Below are positions 60,583-64,000 of a DNA stretch of 64,000 bases, piece after piece. The notes beneath the pieces were generated by a model. The model saw nothing but the letters and a program-made list of their open reading frames with translations. It was not told the DNA's origin and ran no database searches. The position numbers were made by a program, and so were the translations under genes. Source of the stretch: Candidatus Bathyarchaeia archaeon (GTDB lineage Archaea > Thermoproteota > Bathyarchaeia > Bathyarchaeales > Bathycorpusculaceae); contig JBEKOM010000008.1 in assembly GCA_049521795.1 (NCBI GenBank), positions 1-64,000 of the forward strand, given 5' to 3'. Position 1 is the first letter of the stretch. Every line of letters starts with the position of its first letter.

Positions 60583-60911
60583 ATTTCTTTCTCCAAGATT
60601 ACCTTTAATGTGTATATTACCATATAAATAATAGATGGTGCTGCCGCGAACACGAGGAAGACGCTTAAATAGAATATCGAGGTGCGCGAATCTTCAAGTT
60701 GTGGCGATGCACCAAAGATGGAAATGAAGGAAGCCAAAAATAGGCTGAAAATTGTCCAAGGAGAATTGCGTAGAATTTGCCGACGCACCGCCCGGAATTC
60801 TCTTAATTGCTCTCCGAGAGCTAAAGAAAGAAAAACCAGAACTAATGATGCACTGGTCATGCAAAGCCCAGCTAATCCAATTAAAGTTGCCGAGTCGATC
60901 AAACCGATCAC
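60579..60911 (-). CDS. Three-TM small membrane protein
   Basis: 110 aa, three hydrophobic segments; 4-bp overlaps with both neighbours. Confidence 0.7.
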   Translation of the reverse strand: MIGLIDSATLIGLAGLCMTSASLVLVFLSLALGEQLREFRAVRRQILRNSPWTIFSLFLASFISIFGASPQLEDSRTSIFYLSVFLVFAAAPSIIYMVIYTLKVILEKEI

Positions 60912-62074
60912 ATCTTGTCTAGGTGCTTGATGTCATCCAGAAGAAGAGAGCGGTCTTTTTCGCTTGCGGTTTCTGGGGGGCCTCCTATTTCAGATATGAC
61001 GGTTGGACACCTATTTTCTAATGCTGTGGACACTTCAGTGCGCACTCTGTCTGCGTGTTTATTGTCTGTGATTATGAATACGCTCGGCCCTGTATCGATA
61101 GAATAGTGAACTGGAAAATGAGCTTCTCTTAACTTGCTTACGAGGTGAATAATAGATACTGTCTCAGGCATCCAGACTAATGCTCCGCATTGCAATAATA
61201 GGCTGTGGAAAAATCTTGTATCGGATTCAGCCATCTCTCCTATTTTGAAAACATCTCTATTTTCAACATGGTTGACAAGTTCAAAGACGTGTTGTGCTTT
61301 ATTCGTAGCCCATTTTTCATAGAAGGGAGATGATAAAGCTCTCCTGTGCATTTCTTCAGTGGTAATTCCTAAGGGCAATGGCACCACAACCATTTTTAAA
61401 GGCAGTTCGCCGTCATCGATTCTTACCGAATAAGATTCCTCGGGAGCTATACCCTCATATGAAAACCATAGAGCAACACCTCCAGCAGCGGATCTTGATG
61501 CAGACCCAGCGAATAATCGTGCATAAGTAGAGACAAGCCTGGATTTCCTGCTCATTTCTTCCCCATAGGCGGCCGATATAATCGCCTTAGCGAGAGCAGC
61601 TCCAGCTGCAGCGGAAGTGCCAAGTCCCTTGGCATCAGACCCATTTTGAAACCTATTTCTTGATGCAATTAGCACTTTTGTCTTTATACCAGTATCGTTT
61701 CGAAAACATCGGATTACCTTAGACGCCCTTGTGAGACTTTTGTCAATTTGTTTCCCATTCACGATAAAAAGATCATCTTCTAGACGCCTGTCAAACTTCA
61801 CATAGGTGATTGTTTGCATAACCTTGTGGCAAACTGAAACTGACGGGAAATACGCTAATCGTAGTTCACTATCAGACATTCCTAGATACTTCTCTAATCC
61901 TAAAATAGGATAGGCAGTGGCTGTGGCTTCTCCCTCAATTTTCTCTTCTTTTGGTAGCTTCGGTTTTTCTTCTAATTTCCCTTGCTGTTTGAGATAAGCA
62001 CGTATCTTTTCTGTTTCTTCTTTCAGTTTCTGAACAATTGATGCGTCAATCATTCCAGTTTTCTCATTCTGCAA
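60908..62074 (-). CDS. Diphosphomevalonate-decarboxylase family protein (mevalonate 3,5-bisphosphate decarboxylase-like)
   Basis: AYPILGLEKYLG, GHMP loop KGLGTSAAAGAA, GSASRSAAGG, catalytic Asp retained in SIDTGPS. Confidence 0.8.
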   Translation of the reverse strand: MQNEKTGMIDASIVQKLKEETEKIRAYLKQQGKLEEKPKLPKEEKIEGEATATAYPILGLEKYLGMSDSELRLAYFPSVSVCHKVMQTITYVKFDRRLEDDLFIVNGKQIDKSLTRASKVIRCFRNDTGIKTKVLIASRNRFQNGSDAKGLGTSAAAGAALAKAIISAAYGEEMSRKSRLVSTYARLFAGSASRSAAGGVALWFSYEGIAPEESYSVRIDDGELPLKMVVVPLPLGITTEEMHRRALSSPFYEKWATNKAQHVFELVNHVENRDVFKIGEMAESDTRFFHSLLLQCGALVWMPETVSIIHLVSKLREAHFPVHYSIDTGPSVFIITDNKHADRVRTEVSTALENRCPTVISEIGGPPETASEKDRSLLLDDIKHLDKM

Positions 62075-62903
62075 CCTTCTCTGCCTCTCCTACTAACACT
62101 CTAACTCTATCGAACGCTATGTCTAAACATTCGTCAACTACCTTATCGAAATCATCGTTGGAGATTATTGGGATTCCATTCTCTCGAGCTAAACTAACAA
62201 GATGATTTTGTATGACTCGTATTTCATTAAACACGGGGATGAATCTCTCCGCATCTCGTCGGATGTGTGTAGAAGACTTCCGCAAAAGAAGACGTTCCCT
62301 ATGTACCTTAGGATCTCTTACTTCTAACATCATGGGTATGACGCTTTTATTTTGAAAGGCAGTGCTCCCACATAGTTTTTGTGTCAAGTAAAGGCTCTCA
62401 ATAGCTACGCTTTCTCCATCTCGCAAGCATCTTTCTAGCAGTCGTTCTATTGCATCGGCAATGCACTTTGAATGCTCTTCATATGCTTTTATGATATTGT
62501 GTTCTGTTGGTTTTTTGTACTTCACCCTCCAACATTCATATACACTACTGAAGAAAAGCGGATACTGCTCTTCAGGCACAACACTTCTCAAGCACTCTCT
62601 GATGGCGTCAGCCCCTATTGTGTTTCGCAGTCCCATTCTAAACGCCAACTCTGCTGTGACACTTGTTTTCCCGGATGCATGGCCACCTATTACTAGAAGT
62701 ATTATCGGATCTGTCAATTTGCCTGATTTGACAAGGTCATGGTACCTCAAGAACAGTTCAAATCTACTCGCATATTTTGGCGAAAGCTTTGCGAGATTCC
62801 GGATAATGTCGTTGGAATTTGAACTATGGGTTGAGATTTTGCAAGCTTGCTTGAGATCGAGTCCTGTTGAAAAGATGGCCAACTCTTTGACATCAAGAAA
62901 CAT
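62064..62903 (-). CDS. 2-phosphoglycerate-kinase-family P-loop kinase (mevalonate-3-phosphate 5-kinase-like by context)
   Basis: GGHASGKT, D.IRE.LRS, SS.Y..W, IES, H.ER...R, F.EIR.IQ..L. Confidence 0.78.
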   Translation of the reverse strand: MFLDVKELAIFSTGLDLKQACKISTHSSNSNDIIRNLAKLSPKYASRFELFLRYHDLVKSGKLTDPIILLVIGGHASGKTSVTAELAFRMGLRNTIGADAIRECLRSVVPEEQYPLFFSSVYECWRVKYKKPTEHNIIKAYEEHSKCIADAIERLLERCLRDGESVAIESLYLTQKLCGSTAFQNKSVIPMMLEVRDPKVHRERLLLRKSSTHIRRDAERFIPVFNEIRVIQNHLVSLARENGIPIISNDDFDKVVDECLDIAFDRVRVLVGEAEKVAE

Positions 62904-62924
62904 AGACTTGGCCTCTCAATGAAT

Positions 62925-63917
62925 CTAATTTTGAACGATTGAAGCTGGACCAGCAACCTTGTATTCAACAGCAGGAAAACGTTTTGTTAATTCCTTGAAT
63001 ATTTCTCTTGAATCTTTCTTCAAACACAATACGTTTACTGCACTACCACCGGTGATAATAAAATACGCCTGATGCCCATTTTCTCTTAACTGTCTAACGT
63101 AGTTTAGGGCTTCAAACATCTGATCTTTGATAACTCGCAACCCGCACCATTCGAGCAAGTAATGAAAATTCATTGTGTCTTGTTCCGCAATTTGCATAAT
63201 CCTAATAATATCTCTCTTTTTAGCGGCCTCTTTCAATTCTTCAACCATTTTTGATCTGCTTGCAACCCGCTGTGGAAAGTCTGGGTGTTTCACGATAGCT
63301 TGATGAATTTCGTCAGAGCTGTGTCGATTGATTCCTTTAAAGCCTATTACGAAAATCGAGAGATCTTGAAGCTGTTCATTGCTCAATAGTAAACTTGCGT
63401 GGCAATTATCAGAGATTATTTCGGTCAAAGATAATCCTCCTAAAAGGCTTCGGTAAACGCTTTCAGACCCTTGTCTAGCAATATCAGTCACCTTTGCATC
63501 TAGTTTGAGGTCGAACATGTTAGAAACCGCGAGCGCTAGAGCACAAGCACCGGAATCTGAGCTACCCGAGATAATGCCAAAATTGCGTGAAGTGATTTTT
63601 AATCCCACTCTTAGCCCTGCAAGGTCTTGTAGTGCCAACACCATTTTTTTCATGTCATCTATGCGTTTGTTGTCAAGGTTTTTGCGGATTTCTTTCCCTT
63701 CAGCGACATCAACTATACCAAGCTGGATTTCATTTTTTTGGGGAAGTTGCTCCACAAGGGTCTCGGTTCTTACATATTCACGATCATCAGTAACTGAAAT
63801 GCCTGCGTTGGAATACGCTGGAACTCTTCTGTCCCAATCCTTCAGGCCACCCAAAAGCAAAACTCCAATTGCCGGGTATGCCCTCGCAAGCACTTTTTCT
63901 TTCATTTTCATTCCCAA
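62925..63917 (-). CDS. Mevalonate 3-kinase-like GHMP protein
   Basis: AYPAIGVLLLGG, NFGIISGSSDSGA, SES..RSLLGGL, SDEIHQ, ITGGS (catalytic Asp replaced by Thr); closely parallels my recollection of Thermoplasma mevalonate 3-kinase. Confidence 0.85.
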   Translation of the reverse strand: MGMKMKEKVLARAYPAIGVLLLGGLKDWDRRVPAYSNAGISVTDDREYVRTETLVEQLPQKNEIQLGIVDVAEGKEIRKNLDNKRIDDMKKMVLALQDLAGLRVGLKITSRNFGIISGSSDSGACALALAVSNMFDLKLDAKVTDIARQGSESVYRSLLGGLSLTEIISDNCHASLLLSNEQLQDLSIFVIGFKGINRHSSDEIHQAIVKHPDFPQRVASRSKMVEELKEAAKKRDIIRIMQIAEQDTMNFHYLLEWCGLRVIKDQMFEALNYVRQLRENGHQAYFIITGGSAVNVLCLKKDSREIFKELTKRFPAVEYKVAGPASIVQN

Positions 63918-64000
63918 CTGAAATGACGTTAAGTGGTTGTTCTTAATTGCTAATTTGCATATATAAAAGATTTGTATTAATAGGCTAAAATCGAAGCATG

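Larger units (their letters stand above)
52071..64000. mobile_element. Genomic island integrated at the tRNA-Ser 3' end (right boundary not in window)
   Basis: Regulator plus tyrosine integrase directly after the tRNA, accessory cargo, methylase relic and a visibly AT-richer distal part. No second att copy was seen. Confidence 0.7.

Noticed and set aside
63954-63963. TTTGCATATA as a third copy of the 13-bp motif
   Set aside because: Only a partial single copy, and it coincides with the probable TATA region of the mevalonate operon.

Overview
Archaeal chromosomal segment, most likely Bathyarchaeia (inferred from rpl14e-cbf5, archaeal-type PurA, the PolB2 triad, BHB-type introns, dockerin/PEF-CTERM secreted proteins and the integrase types). 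Most of 1-52 kb is housekeeping, stress and transport genes. Three RNA-level splicing events are visible: a 22-nt bulge-helix-bulge (BHB) intron in the catalytic Asp codon of cbf5, a 48-nt D-loop intron in tRNA-Pro(GGG), and a 19-nt canonical intron in tRNA-Ser(GGA). There are two tRNA-associated islands. The first is a decayed ~5.4-kb element between the intron-containing tRNA-Pro and an intron-less copy of its 5' half. The second starts at tRNA-Ser (52 kb) and probably runs past the window end. It carries an integrase, repeat-flanked secreted-protein cargo, a small membrane ORF with a structured leader and a DNA-methylase relic. It ends with the best candidate for an undescribed system: a tightly coupled six-gene operon joining homologs of all three Thermoplasma-type lower mevalonate enzymes (mevalonate 3-kinase, mevalonate-3-phosphate 5-kinase-like, bisphosphomevalonate decarboxylase-like) to a membrane protein, a TM plus PLD-like-fold protein and an HExxH peptidase, facing an AcnX-swivel-like gene. 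Short (GC)n runs mark most long intergenic regions. All family calls come from motif recognition by eye; no searches were run.
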